From Massalongia carnosa (Eukaryota): 64,000 bases of DNA. A program made the translations under genes and the position numbers. The notes under the pieces are model-generated. The model was not told the DNA's origin, did no database searches, and saw only the letters and a program-made list of their open reading frames with translations. The stretch covers positions 620,001 through 684,000 of the forward strand of contig OZ287082.1 in assembly GCA_965645245.1 (NCBI GenBank), read 5' to 3'. This document shows, in pieces, positions 1-10,936 of the stretch. Within the stretch, counting starts at the first letter, position 1. Each line of letters opens with the position of its first letter.

Positions 1-912
1 TTGACAAATTATATTTTCGCAAAACATATTCGAAATCTCGCAAAATGTTTATTTGAAATCAATTATCACATTATTTTGCAATGGGTTCCGAATCATTCAA
101 AAATTACCGGAAACGAAATTGCGGACAAAACAGCAAAGACGGGCCATAATCGAATCCCAGTCGAGTCCTTGGCGATAACATTTAATTATGTAAAAGAACA
201 ACTAAATCAAAATATGCAAACCGCATGGACTAATCAATGGCAATAATGCAAATCGAAAGGCAAATACGAGAAATTCGAAATGAAGCCTGGCATATCGAGA
301 TTCTATTATTTATCAAACAACTGTTCCACATTGATATTTACTACTATTATAAAAATTTAAAATTCTGACACGGCTATTTTCGATCATATTAACATCTATT
401 GAAAGATTATAACTCGTCAAAATGCTCAAATCGATGAAATCAACGACAAACGCCAGAACACTTGTTATTGAATTGCAGTCACTATTTTGATGAAATTCAA
501 CACATGAAACAAACTGTCGATACTATGATCAATTTGAATATGTTGTTTAATACAAAAATCGGAAATGATATTTTGATTAAATTCATTGTCAATTACAAAA
601 TCGCGACTAGAAAATGGATACTAGGACAGCTTGATGACGAAATTGTCGAAACTGGAGGTTGGGGAGAGATCGAACAGTAAAATCGGAAATGATTCGTGCT
701 GAAATATTTACGAACTTACAAAGATAAATTTTAAAATCGATTATTATTCTATTACTATAGGTTGTTACTAAAACGGAGTAAAAACGGGAAAAAATTGACG
801 ATACATAGATGGGTTATAAAGGGTTGATTTAATTGTATTATAGAAACATATCCTAAAATAGTTTAGTGTCATAACCTTAGGTTGAATACACTCAATGAAT
901 AAATAAAAAAAA
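1..912 (+). mobile_element. 3' end of a decayed Tad1-like LINE (RNase H and C-terminal region, 3' UTR, A-rich tail)
   Basis: ORF 1..246 has the LINE RNase H motif LQWVPNHSKITGNEIADKTAK; the downstream region has QTPEHLLLNC; it ends in aataaataaaaaaaaa at ~900-912; a homologous inverted copy lies at 1899-2828. Confidence 0.8.
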
Positions 913-929
913 ATAACAATAACAAGTTT

Positions 930-1897
930 TCTGTCCTCTATCTACTATACTACCATTTGATAGTTGCAATATATGTCGAAAACAAAACTGCAAAACAGAA
1001 TTGTAAAGAAATTGAAATCATAGTTAAAACAGAATTTGATTGGGCCGCATCGAATACAATCAAATTTGTTGACGATAAATCCGAACTAATTCACTTCGAA
1101 AAGACAAGAAACGCATCGAAAGACAAACTGCAATTACCAAACGGAATCATACTAGAACCGCAAAATGTAGTCAAATGGTTGGGAATCTGGCTAGATCGAA
1201 AACTGAATTACAAAAAACATGTCGAAACTCGAACTTCATCTGCAAATCGGTCGTTCTTTGCGATTCATAATTTGATGAACTCAGAATGGGATCTAAAACA
1301 GATTGCATGCAGACAGCTTTATTTGTCATGCATCGTTCCTATTTCAGATTATAGTTCAGAAATTTGGTACAGTGGTCAAAAGAATAGGAAAAACTATTTC
1401 AGAATTTGAAAAATAGGATGAGACGAAAGATTTTAGGAACATTCAAAACTACACCTGTTCAGGTGATAGAACTTGAATCACATTTTTTACCAGTCAGACT
1501 ACAATTATTGATAAAAAATAAAAAGTATGCTATTCGATTATTTAAGATTGCCGAAAATAATCCCATTTGTCAAAGAATTCCAAATACATATTCATTGAAA
1601 TTCCAAAACATCTGTTTTAATACTAGCTTAGGGAACAACAAATATGCCGAATGGAACGAAGACGAAAAACAAACAAATAAACGATATCCTTGTCAGCTTA
1701 TTTGCGTTCTGCACTCCGTTTCGGACATAGTTCACAAAACAAATGAATTAGAACAATCAAATAACTTTATAAAAGCATTGAAATCGTCGTGTAAAATCGA
1801 ATTTCAAAATGAAAAGTCAAAAGAAACAGCAAAATCGACTTATTATTCGACTTGGTCAAAAATTCAATCTATGTATTCCGATATATCACGAATATAA
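930..1897 (+). mobile_element. Internal fragment of a LINE ORF2 (C-terminal RT region), frameshifted
   Basis: VKWLGIWLDRKLNYKKHV, RQLYLSCIVPISDY and RKILGTFKTTP motifs typical of Tad1-clade ORF2; split across ORFs 957..1409 and 1406..1897. Confidence 0.8.
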
Positions 1898-1898
1898 C

Positions 1899-2828
1899 TT
1901 TTTTTTTAATTTATTCATTAAGTGTATTCAACCTAAGGTTATGACACTAAACTATTTTAGGATATGTTTCTATATTACAAATAAATCTACCCTTTATAAC
2001 CCATCTATGTATCGTCAATTTTTACCCATTTTTAATCCGTGTTAGTAACAAACTATAGTAATCGAAAAATATCGATTTTACAATTTGTCTTCGTAAGTTC
2101 GTAAATGTTTCAGCATAAATCGTTTCTGATTTTACTGTTCGATCTCTCCCCAACCTCCAGTTTCGAAAGTATCATCATCAAGCTGACCTAGTATCCATTT
2201 TCTAGTCGCGATTTTGTTATTGACAATGAATTTAATCAAAATGTCATTTCCAATTTTTGTATTAAACAACATATTTAAGTTGATCGTAATATCGATACTA
2301 TGTTTCATGTTTAGAATTTCATCGAAATAGTAAATGCAATTCAATAACAAATGTTCTGGCGTTTGTCGTTGATTGCATCGATTTGTGCATTTTGACGAAT
2401 TATAATAATTCAATCGATGTAAATATGATCTAAAATAGCCGTGTCCGAATTTTAATTGCATAATAGTAGCAAATATCAATTTGGAACAGTTGTTTGATAA
2501 ATAATATAATCTCGATATACTAGGTTTCATTTCGAATTTCTCGTAGTATTTGCCTTTTGATTTGCATTGTTGCCATTGATTCGTCCATGTGGTTAGCATA
2601 TTTTGATTTATTTGATCTTTACATAATCAAATGTTATCGCCGAGGACTCGACTAGCATTTGATTATGGCCCGTCTTTGCTATTTTGTCTGCAATTTCGTT
2701 TTCGTTAATATTTGAATGACTCGGAATCCATTGCAAAATCACCTGATAATTGCTTTCAAATAAGCGTTTTGCGAGCTTTCGAATTTGTCTTGCGAAAATA
2801 TGATTTGTCAAGTTATAAATTTCGTTTA
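1899..2828 (-). mobile_element. Second, inverted 3' copy of the same LINE family, cut by the Gypsy LTR
   Basis: poly-T at 1899-1907, then the reverse complement of the 3' UTR at ~680-905; ORFs 2132..2599 and 2608..2811 are homologous to 1..680 (both end ETGGWGEIEQ). Confidence 0.85.
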
Positions 2829-3268
2829 TGTCAGGGGAGGGCTGGAGAGATACAAGACTCTATCTTGCAGAACGGATATCTAGATATGCTAAAACTAGAA
2901 GTAGAGAATAATACACAAGACGTCCGATGAAGAGCTCTAAACACCTGGGAAACCACACAGACTTTATAGTCATGGCTTTCAACTCTCCTATTCTCGACTT
3001 GCCCCATCTCTGTTCCTGTACTAATTTCCTTAACATGATTGCTTTGACCTATCCCCGCTTTATCTGTGCTGAAGCACTCTCAGTCATAAGCCTTCTCAGT
3101 CATAAGCCTGGATAGTGGAGACGTTGAGATTGGATACGGATTGTAGGAGATTGAAAGTGCGCTGAGGGCGGCAGAAGAACGCCTGAGCACGATGGATGAC
3201 AGCAATGGGCCCTGTTAAATACTAACCCGATCAGGACAAGCGGGAGGGTGCGAAGCGATTCCGTGACA
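2829..3268 (-). repeat. 3' LTR of the Gypsy element
   Basis: tgtcagggg...ccgtgaca, near-identical to 9062-9501 (about 5 differences seen); PPT GAAGAGGGGAG on the minus strand at 3273-3283. Confidence 0.95.
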
Positions 3269-3306
3269 GTAGCTCCCCTCTTCAAGAACGAGCTCCTGCG
3301 AGTTGA

Positions 3307-6300
3307 CTAAATTTCTTGGCAACGACAGCGGGGAGTTGTACATGGGGTGATGTGTGGTCCGGCGGCGGCAGGGTAAGCAGAATGAAAGTCGTCTAAGGCT
3401 TGCTGACAATTAGTTAGGAAGTTGAATGGTTCCCAAGTAGGGGTATGTCCTTCCCAAGTGACGAAATACTGCAACAGAGGCGGCTGATAACGGCGATCGT
3501 ATTTTGAGTTCAGAATGCTGTTTACATACCATTCCCGTTGCCCGTCTTCTGCGATAACAGGATCACGCGGTGCTGGGTGTTGACCAGGCAAAGGGTCGGC
3601 AGGGTCGTGTTGCAAGAGATTGACATGGAAAACAGGATGAATCTTGACAGTCTCTGGGAGTTCCAACTGTACGATTAAAGGATTGTTTGTGAAGACACGA
3701 TTCACCCGATATGGTCCTATATTTCTGTCGTCCAATTTCACCGAAGGTCTGGCAGTCTGGATATTCTTTGTGTTTAACCAGACCATATCTCCGACAGAAT
3801 AACGAGGGCAGGGACGACGATTTGCGTTGGCGTTGGATTCATATATGGCTTGGGCAATTAGCATTTCGTCATGCAGGTGAGAATCTAATTTCTGCATCCT
3901 GTCAGCGAATTTATTAGCAGCAATCAGATTTGCCCGGGCCTGGGTCGATATATTTTCCGGTAGAGGTTCTGCAGGTTCAAAGCCCATGCGGGGGTGTTGC
4001 CCTGAATTTGCTAAAAATGGCGATGCCAGAGTGCTAGATGAATCAGTGTTATTGGCAGCGAATTCAGCGCCAGGAAGAAACTCGACCCAATCATCCTGCA
4101 TATAATTCACATAAGCCCTAAGGTAATGCTCCATTGACGCATTTGCTCTTTCCGTTTGACCATCTGTTTCAGGATGATAACTGGTTGATAAACGAGCATC
4201 AATCTTTAGTCGTTTGCACAATGTTTGCCAGAAGTCCGATACGAATTGGGATCCACGATCAGAAACTAGAACATCTGGCAGGCCATGGTGTTTCCATACA
4301 TACCAATAGAAAGCTGTTGCGGCTTCTTCGACTTCCATCGTTATGGTAGGTGCGTAATGCTTTTGTTTGGATAATCGATCAACGAATACAAGAATGTAGC
4401 GATAGGTGACTCCCATAAAGGTACTTACGGGGAGAGGACCGACATAATCCATGTATACGTCGCGCCAGCGGCGTTCTGGCGGAGGCAACGGTCGCAACCA
4501 TCCTTGATATCTTTCCCGCGATGGTTTAGACCGTTTACACACATGGCAGTTTCGCACGAATTGCTGAATGGTCTTATGCATACTGGGCCACCAATAGGAG
4601 CGGCCGATAATCTCGAAGCATTTCGCACGTCCTGGATGGCCACCTACCACACTATCGTGGGCTAATTGCAGAATCCTGAGTCTCAATCTGTCTGATTTTG
4701 GTACATATCGTCGATTTCGGAAGTAAAGAGCACCATCCCTGTCTTCGCATTCAGCCAACTGAATTCCGCTGTGATATCTGGTTCCGTTTTGCAGCATTAC
4801 TAGAATTTTCGGGGCAAAGCGGTCTCTTTGAATGGCTTGATTCCAAAGCTCGTCGGTAGGGATATCCATCGGGTCATTGTCAGAGGCGATCTGATCTGAA
4901 TCTGGATCGAGTTGAGGTTCGTCGTTATGATTATCATCTTCGTTGCCTAGATTTTCGGATTCATCGAGTTCGTGTTCCTGTTCTAAAAACGCAGGTGCTA
5001 GCCTTATGACTTCTTGTTCTAGGAAAGCGGGTGCTAATCTTATAGCAGGGCATAAATTCAGGTCTCGGGCAACTCCTTCATCTATATTATGCGATTTGAT
5101 GACAGTTTGATGTTGAAATTGTCGGCGTTCGTCTGTTTCATCCCCTTCTTTAGGGAGATCTCCTGATCTCCTTGTTAGGGCGTCTGGTTTCCCACCTGCT
5201 TTTCCAGGGCGATAGATTATTTTATAATCAAATCGGGATAAGAACTCGCTCCAGCGGGCTTGACGGCGGCTCAATTGCTTGGAAGACGTGAAATATTCTA
5301 GATTTTTGTGATCCGTGATTACATTGATTGGGTGAGCGGAACCCTCCAATTCGGGTCTCCATTCTTCGAAAGCCCGAACGATTGCCATTAACTCCTTATC
5401 ATAGATTTCATAATTACATTCCGCCGGATTGTGTTTCTTGGAAAAGTAAGCAATAGGTCTTAGAACACTGTTCTTGTCATATTGCGAAAGAATTCCTGCG
5501 GATATATAATCAGAGGCGTCTGTCTCCACGATAATTGGCTTGTCTGGATCGAAGTGCAATAAGACTACGTCTGAGGTGAAGGTTCTCTTCATAGTGTCGA
5601 AAGCTTGCTGACATTTATCAGTCCATAAAAATTTCACGTCTTTTCGTGTTAGGTTGGTTAATGGGCCAGCAATCATGCTAAACCTCAGAATGAATCGTCT
5701 GTAAAAGTTCGCAAACCCTAAGAAGCTCTGTACGTCTTTCACGTTTTGGGGAGTGGGCCAATTAATAACAGTTTCGACTTTGGCAGGGTCCATTTTTATC
5801 CCCTCTGTGGTCACGATTAGACCTAGATATGAAACTTCTTTCACATGAAATGCGCATTTAGTGATGTCTGCTTGAAGGCCTGCCTCACGCAGTTTGATCA
5901 GAATTCTTTTAACGTGAATCTCGTGCTCTGATTCAACGTCACTGTATATCAGAATGTCATCCAAATATGCGGTGCAAAAGTCGTCCAGATACTCTCGCAG
6001 AGTATCGTTGATAAAGTGCTGAAAAGAGGCGGGTCCATTACACAACCCGAAAGGCATTACCAGGTACTCAAATAGACCAAATCTTGTGCGGAATGCGGTG
6101 AGTTCTTCGTCGCCTTCCTTTATGCGTAGGCGATTAAAGGCTGCTATTATATCTAATTTAGTAAATATTTTAGCTCTGGACAAGCGATTCAAGGTCTCGG
6201 CTATCAATGGCAACGGATATCTATTCTTGATAGTGACGGCATTCAGGCCTCTGTAATCAACACAGAAGGGAAGGCCCCCTCCGGGCTTTTTCACGAACAT

Positions 6301-7752
6301 GACAGGAGACGCCGCATGCGAACGGCTGGCACGAATGAACCCCTTGGCCAAATTAGCGTCTAAATACCGACGGAGTTCTTCTATTTCGTCGCGGCTCATG
6401 CCGTATAACGCTTGATTTGGAGGTTGGAAGCCATCTTTCAAATTGATGGCATGGTCGTAGGGCCGGCGCTCTGGAAGCACTTCAGATTCTTTTCTAGAAA
6501 AAACGTCTAGGAATTCGTGATATTGTTTCGGTAAGATGGTGCTCGGGTCAACGTTCTTTCGTTCCCGAATGGCTTCAAGCTCTTCTTGAGTTACGGATGT
6601 TTCTAAGGTTAGCTCCTTATTCATTTTGCAGATGGTCATATGCATATCCTTATCGCTAGGGCAGGCCTTCGGATTCAATGGTGGAAAGGCCTGCATCGCT
6701 ATTAGGCTAATGGATGAGCTAGGGTCGGAATGAATGGGACTGGGACTGGGAGGTGCTTTTATTCCTAAAAAGCGATCGATTTCATGAAGTGAGATACTAA
6801 ATATCTCGTGATTTTTCTTTCTAGCAAGGCGATCGAAAGTTACTGCGCTGACTTCGCAAATTTGTGACGAATTGCTGCAGGATGTCTGAGTTGAGTTGAT
6901 TGTCTGAACTGAGCTGGATATCTGAGTATGATTGGGTTTCTGGATTGGACTGAGTGTCCGAACTGATTGGGGTCTGACACGTACATAGCTTTGTGATCGT
7001 GGTCTGATTTTCGGAGTTTTGCCTCTCTGAATGGCGGTGAGTATTCGGCTTGGGCCATCTTCTTTTTGATATTCAAAGATGGAGAGCTCGGGTTGAGTGG
7101 TCTGCAGAGCTGTTTCTTCTGATTGCCATACCTTCTGACTTTCGGCAGGCATAAGGAATTCTTCTTCTTTCGTGGTGGCTGATTGCACCATTACAGGTGA
7201 AGGACAGCAGTGTGCAAGGCAAAAGGGGGACGATAGGGACAAGGTGTTGTTGGAAAAGTTTGTAATGACTCCGTGTCTGCGAAGCCATGGGTGGCCCAAA
7301 ACAATGGGGTAATGTCTTAATCCTGTTACATAAAGAAAGAGCTTTTCTACATGCCCATTTAGGTCCATGGTAACTTCGGCGATGTGAGTTATGTTGCCAG
7401 TCAATGCTGGCTGACCATCGAAGCCGGAAAGTCGTCTAGGATATTTCAATTGGTGTAAGGGGAAGTTATGAAAACGCGCGAAATCTTGATCAATAAAGGA
7501 ATATCCAGATGCACCACTGTCCACAAGAATCAAAGCTTTTATTCTGTTTTGAAAACGACGTAATATACAAGAGATAACCATATGACTATCTCTAAATGTC
7601 TCATCAGTTTCAAAAAGAGTAAGAGCAGACGCCGCCGAAAAACGATTGCTAGACATGAGCGGCGGTGTAAACGATGTGGACAGCAGGCAAGAAGAAATCA
7701 AGAAATCTGGTTGTCTCTGCGCGCGACTATGCGCAGAGACTAAGCTTTTTCC
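3307..7752 (-). CDS. pol: Gypsy Pol polyprotein (protease, RT, RNase H, integrase, chromodomain), probably made by -1 frameshift from gag
   Basis: LVDSGA (PR), YLDDILIYS (RT), ETDASD and TDHKNL (RH), HHCC zinc finger and SDRGSQF (IN), C-terminal chromodomain WYVNSIL...YFVTWEGH..TWEP; the frame stays open back to the gag end. Confidence 0.95.
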   Translation of the reverse strand, partial: GKSLVSAHSRAQRQPDFLISSCLLSTSFTPPLMSSNRFSAASALTLFETDETFRDSHMVISCILRRFQNRIKALILVDSGASGYSFIDQDFARFHNFPLHQLKYPRRLSGFDGQPALTGNITHIAEVTMDLNGHVEKLFLYVTGLRHYPIVLGHPWLRRHGVITNFSNNTLSLSSPFCLAHCCPSPVMVQSATTKEEEFLMPAESQKVWQSEETALQTTQPELSIFEYQKEDGPSRILTAIQRGKTPKIRPRSQSYVRVRPQSVRTLSPIQKPNHTQISSSVQTINSTQTSCSNSSQICEVSAVTFDRLARKKNHEIFSISLHEIDRFLGIKAPPSPSPIHSDPSSSISLIAMQAFPPLNPKACPSDKDMHMTICKMNKELTLETSVTQEELEAIRERKNVDPSTILPKQYHEFLDVFSRKESEVLPERRPYDHAINLKDGFQPPNQALYGMSRDEIEELRRYLDANLAKGFIRASRSHAASPVMFVKKPGGGLPFCVDYRGLNAVTIKNRYPLPLIAETLNRLSRAKIFTKLDIIAAFNRLRIKEGDEELTAFRTRFGLFEYLVMPFGLCNGPASFQHFINDTLREYLDDFCTAYLDDILIYSDVESEHEIHVKRILIKLREAGLQADITKCAFHVKEVSYLGLIVTTEGIKMDPAKVETVINWPTPQNVKDVQSFLGFANFYRRFILRFSMIAGPLTNLTRKDVKFLWTDKCQQAFDTMKRTFTSDVVLLHFDPDKPIIVETDASDYISAGILSQYDKNSVLRPIAYFSKKHNPAECNYEIYDKELMAIVRAFEEWRPELEGSAHPINVITDHKNLEYFTSSKQLSRRQARWSEFLSRFDYKIIYRPGKAGGKPDALTRRSGDLPKEGDETDERRQFQHQTVIKSHNIDEGVARDLNLCPAIRLAPAFLEQEVIRLAPAFLEQEHELDESENLGNEDDNHNDEPQLDPDSDQIASDNDPMDIPTDELWNQAIQRDRFAPKILVMLQNGTRYHSGIQLAECEDRDGALYFRNRRYVPKSDRLRLRILQLAHDSVVGGHPGRAKCFEIIGRSYWWPSMHKTIQQFVRNCHVCKRSKPSRERYQGWLRPLPPPERRWRDVYMDYVGPLPVSTFMGVTYRYILVFVDRLSKQKHYAPTITMEVEEAATAFYWYVWKHHGLPDVLVSDRGSQFVSDFWQTLCKRLKIDARLSTSYHPETDGQTERANASMEHYLRAYVNYMQDDWVEFLPGAEFAANNTDSSSTLASPFLANSGQHPRMGFEPAEPLPENISTQARANLIAANKFADRMQKLDSHLHDEMLIAQAIYESNANANRRPCPRYSVGDMVWLNTKNIQTARPSVKLDDRNIGPYRVNRVFTNNPLIVQLELPETVKIHPVFHVNLLQHDPADPLPGQHPAPRDPVIAEDGQREWYVNSILNSKYDRRYQPPLLQYFVTWEGHTPTWEPFNFLTNCQQALDDFHSAYPAAAGPHITPCTTPRCRCQEI

Positions 7753-8978
7753 ACCTCCTGGACCTTCGATATCTGTGACGTTGATATCGGCGTTGATTGT
7801 GCATTTGATGATCCCTCATATAGGACAAGGGAGCGAACCGCGGTTGTCTTTCGATTCGGGCAGTCACCAATGGTACCCGGATGTTGACGTCGACAATAGA
7901 AGCATAGCTTCCAGTCATCACAGATCTTACGGACTCCTGGATCCGTCAACTTATGGCCTCGAACGGCGGCCATTGCTGAACTCAGATCCATGGGATCGCC
8001 GCCGGCAGCGGCGACAGGGGCAGCAGGTGTGGTGACGGCCGGGGTGATGCGTGTGGTCGTGTTGGAGGTGCTGGTCGTGGCAGGTGCGTTTCCTCGTCTA
8101 GTGGTCGGAGGATTGCTGGCATTGGCAGCAGGGGTGGTGCGAGAATGGCGATGTTTTAACTGCCTCAGGTCCCAGTCGGTGTCGGACCACATCTGCACAT
8201 GATCGTCAAACGTAACGGGCCTGGACCCATCGGTTTTTCGCCACGAGATTGCGGCTGCCTGTGTGGCGTAGTTGACATTTGATCGCATGGCGTCGATTAG
8301 AGAGGCATCTTCCATTCCCGATCGTTCTTTCTTCTGTGTGAAGAGGTTATAGTATTCTTCGAAACTTAGCGTACCCTGTTTGAGGGTGTCACGAAGATAG
8401 GTGCGTGCGTCTTCTTCTTCAAAGCGATTGCTACATGCCTGGCGCAATTTCATTCGCCAATCTTTCAGACTTGTCAGCGCGCACAAGCCATCCTTTCTAT
8501 ACCTGTTCATCAAGTTGTGTGCTTTTTTTCCGATGGTAAGTCGGGATTCGGCATAAGTTATCTTTTCGTTCTCTGTAGGATAGCGGTCATGGTTCACATG
8601 CATCCTCTGTATCAGACTCTGTTCCCATGAATCGAGATTGTCCATGTTGCCGTCGTATTCGGCAATGTCCGGCAGCTTTTCTGACTTGGCCGGTTTGTCT
8701 GTGGGGAGGTTCTTGGACATAGCAGCTGTTACGGCGGCCACGATCGAAGTAAGGAACTCGGGACTGAGAGAGGAAGAAGGGGAAGACGTGGAAGGTGGTG
8801 TAACAATGGTGGAGGCTTGTCGTGCTTGGGCTTCCTGTTCCAATTTTGCTATTTGGTTTTGCAATCTCTCCATTTCTTGAAGGAATGGAAGGGGGTTGGC
8901 CTGCACGTAGGCAAGCTGTGCATCTGTGCTTTCAATGGGCTGCTCGGGCATAGGTTGTCCTTGATCTTGGTTTGACAT
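7740..8978 (-). CDS. gag: Gypsy Gag (412 aa)
   Basis: KSEKLPD, LKQG, GDPMDLS and CFYC..QH....DC knuckle typical of fungal chromovirus Gag; lies between the 5' LTR and pol. Confidence 0.93.
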   Translation of the reverse strand: MSNQDQGQPMPEQPIESTDAQLAYVQANPLPFLQEMERLQNQIAKLEQEAQARQASTIVTPPSTSSPSSSLSPEFLTSIVAAVTAAMSKNLPTDKPAKSEKLPDIAEYDGNMDNLDSWEQSLIQRMHVNHDRYPTENEKITYAESRLTIGKKAHNLMNRYRKDGLCALTSLKDWRMKLRQACSNRFEEEDARTYLRDTLKQGTLSFEEYYNLFTQKKERSGMEDASLIDAMRSNVNYATQAAAISWRKTDGSRPVTFDDHVQMWSDTDWDLRQLKHRHSRTTPAANASNPPTTRRGNAPATTSTSNTTTRITPAVTTPAAPVAAAGGDPMDLSSAMAAVRGHKLTDPGVRKICDDWKLCFYCRRQHPGTIGDCPNRKTTAVRSLVLYEGSSNAQSTPISTSQISKVQEVEKA

Positions 8979-9050
8979 GACTGATTATCTATAGGCAAAA
9001 AACGAAAAGAGAAAGGAAGAATAGTGCTTTGAAAAACACAAAAAATATAG

Positions 9051-9059
9051 ATCGGACGT
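9051..9059 (-). promoter_or_regulatory. Putative self-priming PBS
   Basis: ACGTCCGAT lies 2 nt inside the 5' LTR on the minus strand and is complementary to 9153-9161 within the LTR. Confidence 0.65.
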
Positions 9060-9061
9060 AA

Positions 9062-9501
9062 TGTCAGGGGAGGGCTGGAGAGATACAAGACTCTATCTTG
9101 CAGAACGGATATCTAGATATGCTAAAACTAGAAGTTGAGAATAATACACAAGACGTCCGATGAAGAGCTCTAAACACCTGGGAAACCACACAGACTTTAT
9201 AGCCATGGCTTTCAACTCTCCTATTCTCGACTTGCCCCATCTCTGTTCCTGTACTAATTTCCTTAACATGATTGCTTTGACCTATCCCGCCTTTATCTGT
9301 GCTGAAGCACTCTCAGCCATAAGCCTTCTCAGTCATAAGCCTGGATAGTGGAGACGTTGAGATTGGATACGGATTGTAGGAGATTGAAAGTGCGCTGAGG
9401 GCGGCAGAAGAACGCCTGAGCACGATGGATGACAGCAATGGGCCCTGTTAAATACTAACCCGATCAGGACAAGCGGGAGGGTGCGAAGCGATTCCGTGAC
9501 A
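9062..9501 (-). repeat. 5' LTR of the Gypsy element
   Basis: Direct repeat of 2829-3268, TG...CA; TATAAA on the minus strand at ~9196-9201. Confidence 0.95.
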
Positions 9502-9960
9502 ACATCCTAGTCCTTAAAATAGTGAGCTCTTAAAATAATTTACTACAGGTTTGACATATTTCACTTACCTCATCCACGATTCTGGGTCTTAAATATTTCA
9601 AGTGACATATTTCTTTCATGTTCAACGATCTTGTTCTTACGATTATTCTTGCTGTTGCATTCCTTATTGCATTCGTAGATGTGATGACGGGTGTTGAGAT
9701 AAAACGGACGAAGAAAACCTCGTCAGCGTTTGACAGAATATGAAAATGAACATCTTGATTCTGATCTCAAGCGAATTGCTGTAGGCACGCGCAATGTCGG
9801 TGTTCACAGCCGCAGTTGCAACTATTGTCCTCCTGGCAGCTTCATCCGCTCATAAATCTTCGTCGGGAACCTGAACGCCTTCATCGATGATATTGCTGTT
9901 AATAAAGTTGACGGAAACTGATGAAAACATTTCGTCCATATTATTAAATAGCTTGAGGAG
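9502..9960 (-). pseudogene. Decayed DIM-5/Clr4-like H3K9 methyltransferase fragment (pre-SET and start of SET)
   Basis: Hand translation gives ...FINSNIIDEGVQVPDED...CEHRHCACL...HIYECNKECN...NKIVEHERNMSLEIFKTQNRG*G, then a GTAAGT intron (~9513-9568). This resembles the Suv39/DIM-5 IYEC...NRVV..G....LEIF.T..RGWG block. Confidence 0.7.
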
Positions 9961-10936
9961 ATAATCTTTTAGTCGCTCAGTGATGACCCGCACCTAGCCA
10001 GGCGAAAAAGAGTTGACACAGGATTACTTTTTCTGTGCAATCTTCGATGATGATGATTCTTATCCCGATATGGTGCTGGCCGAAGGCCGGCCCATGCGGG
10101 CGAGTCTATCTAGTTGTATAATACATGGTATCCCTTTTGAGGAAGAAAAAACCATGAAATCCGCCGGAGACCCTCTGGGTCCCGGCCGTGTGCTCTGTGT
10201 AAAAACAATTGACCCAAGACAAAGTATCGAAAACAGAACATGATTACTATCAGCAGTATAAATGTTGTGCTGCCAGCGAAAATTGTGACAACAAACCAGT
10301 CTTCATTGGCCACGTGGTGACTAGTTTCATCGCCCTAGGTGATTCAGTGATTAATCGATAGTTGTTTGATTGTATCACATTTAACAGAGATTGTCCGTTG
10401 TCGTTGAGTCTGCAAAATATGATCACATGCTTTGCAGTCTGTTTGTGCCAGCCGCATGGGAAGTTCGGGGACGAGACGTCGTCTGAGACTCGGCATCTAT
10501 GTAGAAAGGCGGCTAGGCCTATCTTTTCTGAGCGTATTTGAATGATTAATGCGCTTTCTGCTTGCGTTTGTATGTCGTTTTTTTATTTTGGCGGTTATTT
10601 TATTATGAATGACGCGTGCCTCCTCTATTTCTCGGGCGGGGTTCGGGGGGGTATCGGACTATGGAGGGTTTGATGTCGGTGCTGGAGTGTTTTGCGTCTC
10701 CGAAGTGATTTCCTTGGCCCAGGCGTGTTTCAACGTTCCTGGGTAATGACCGGGGCTCGCTTACGTCCTGCCCGACCTCGCATTTTATTGACTATTGTGT
10801 TGCATGCATTTGAGATGAATTTCTTTTGCCATCTCGACACAGTCGATGTCTGGCCTGGGCCTGAAGTTAATCTAAATGTGTGTCGATAGGGGCTATAAAT
10901 GTTTCTGCTTCTATAATCGCTATGAGGGTTGCTTTG

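Larger units (their letters stand above)
2829..9501 (-). mobile_element. Full-length Ty3/Gypsy LTR retrotransposon (chromovirus)
   Basis: Two 440-bp TG...CA LTRs, gag and pol (PR-RT-RH-IN-chromodomain), PPT next to the 3' LTR; no TSD (GTTTA vs ACATC). Confidence 0.97.

Noticed and set aside
2927..3285. Short ORFs inside LTRs and repeats, and the many antisense ORFs over gag/pol and host genes
   Set aside because: They recur only because the repeats recur, or shadow real genes; no motifs
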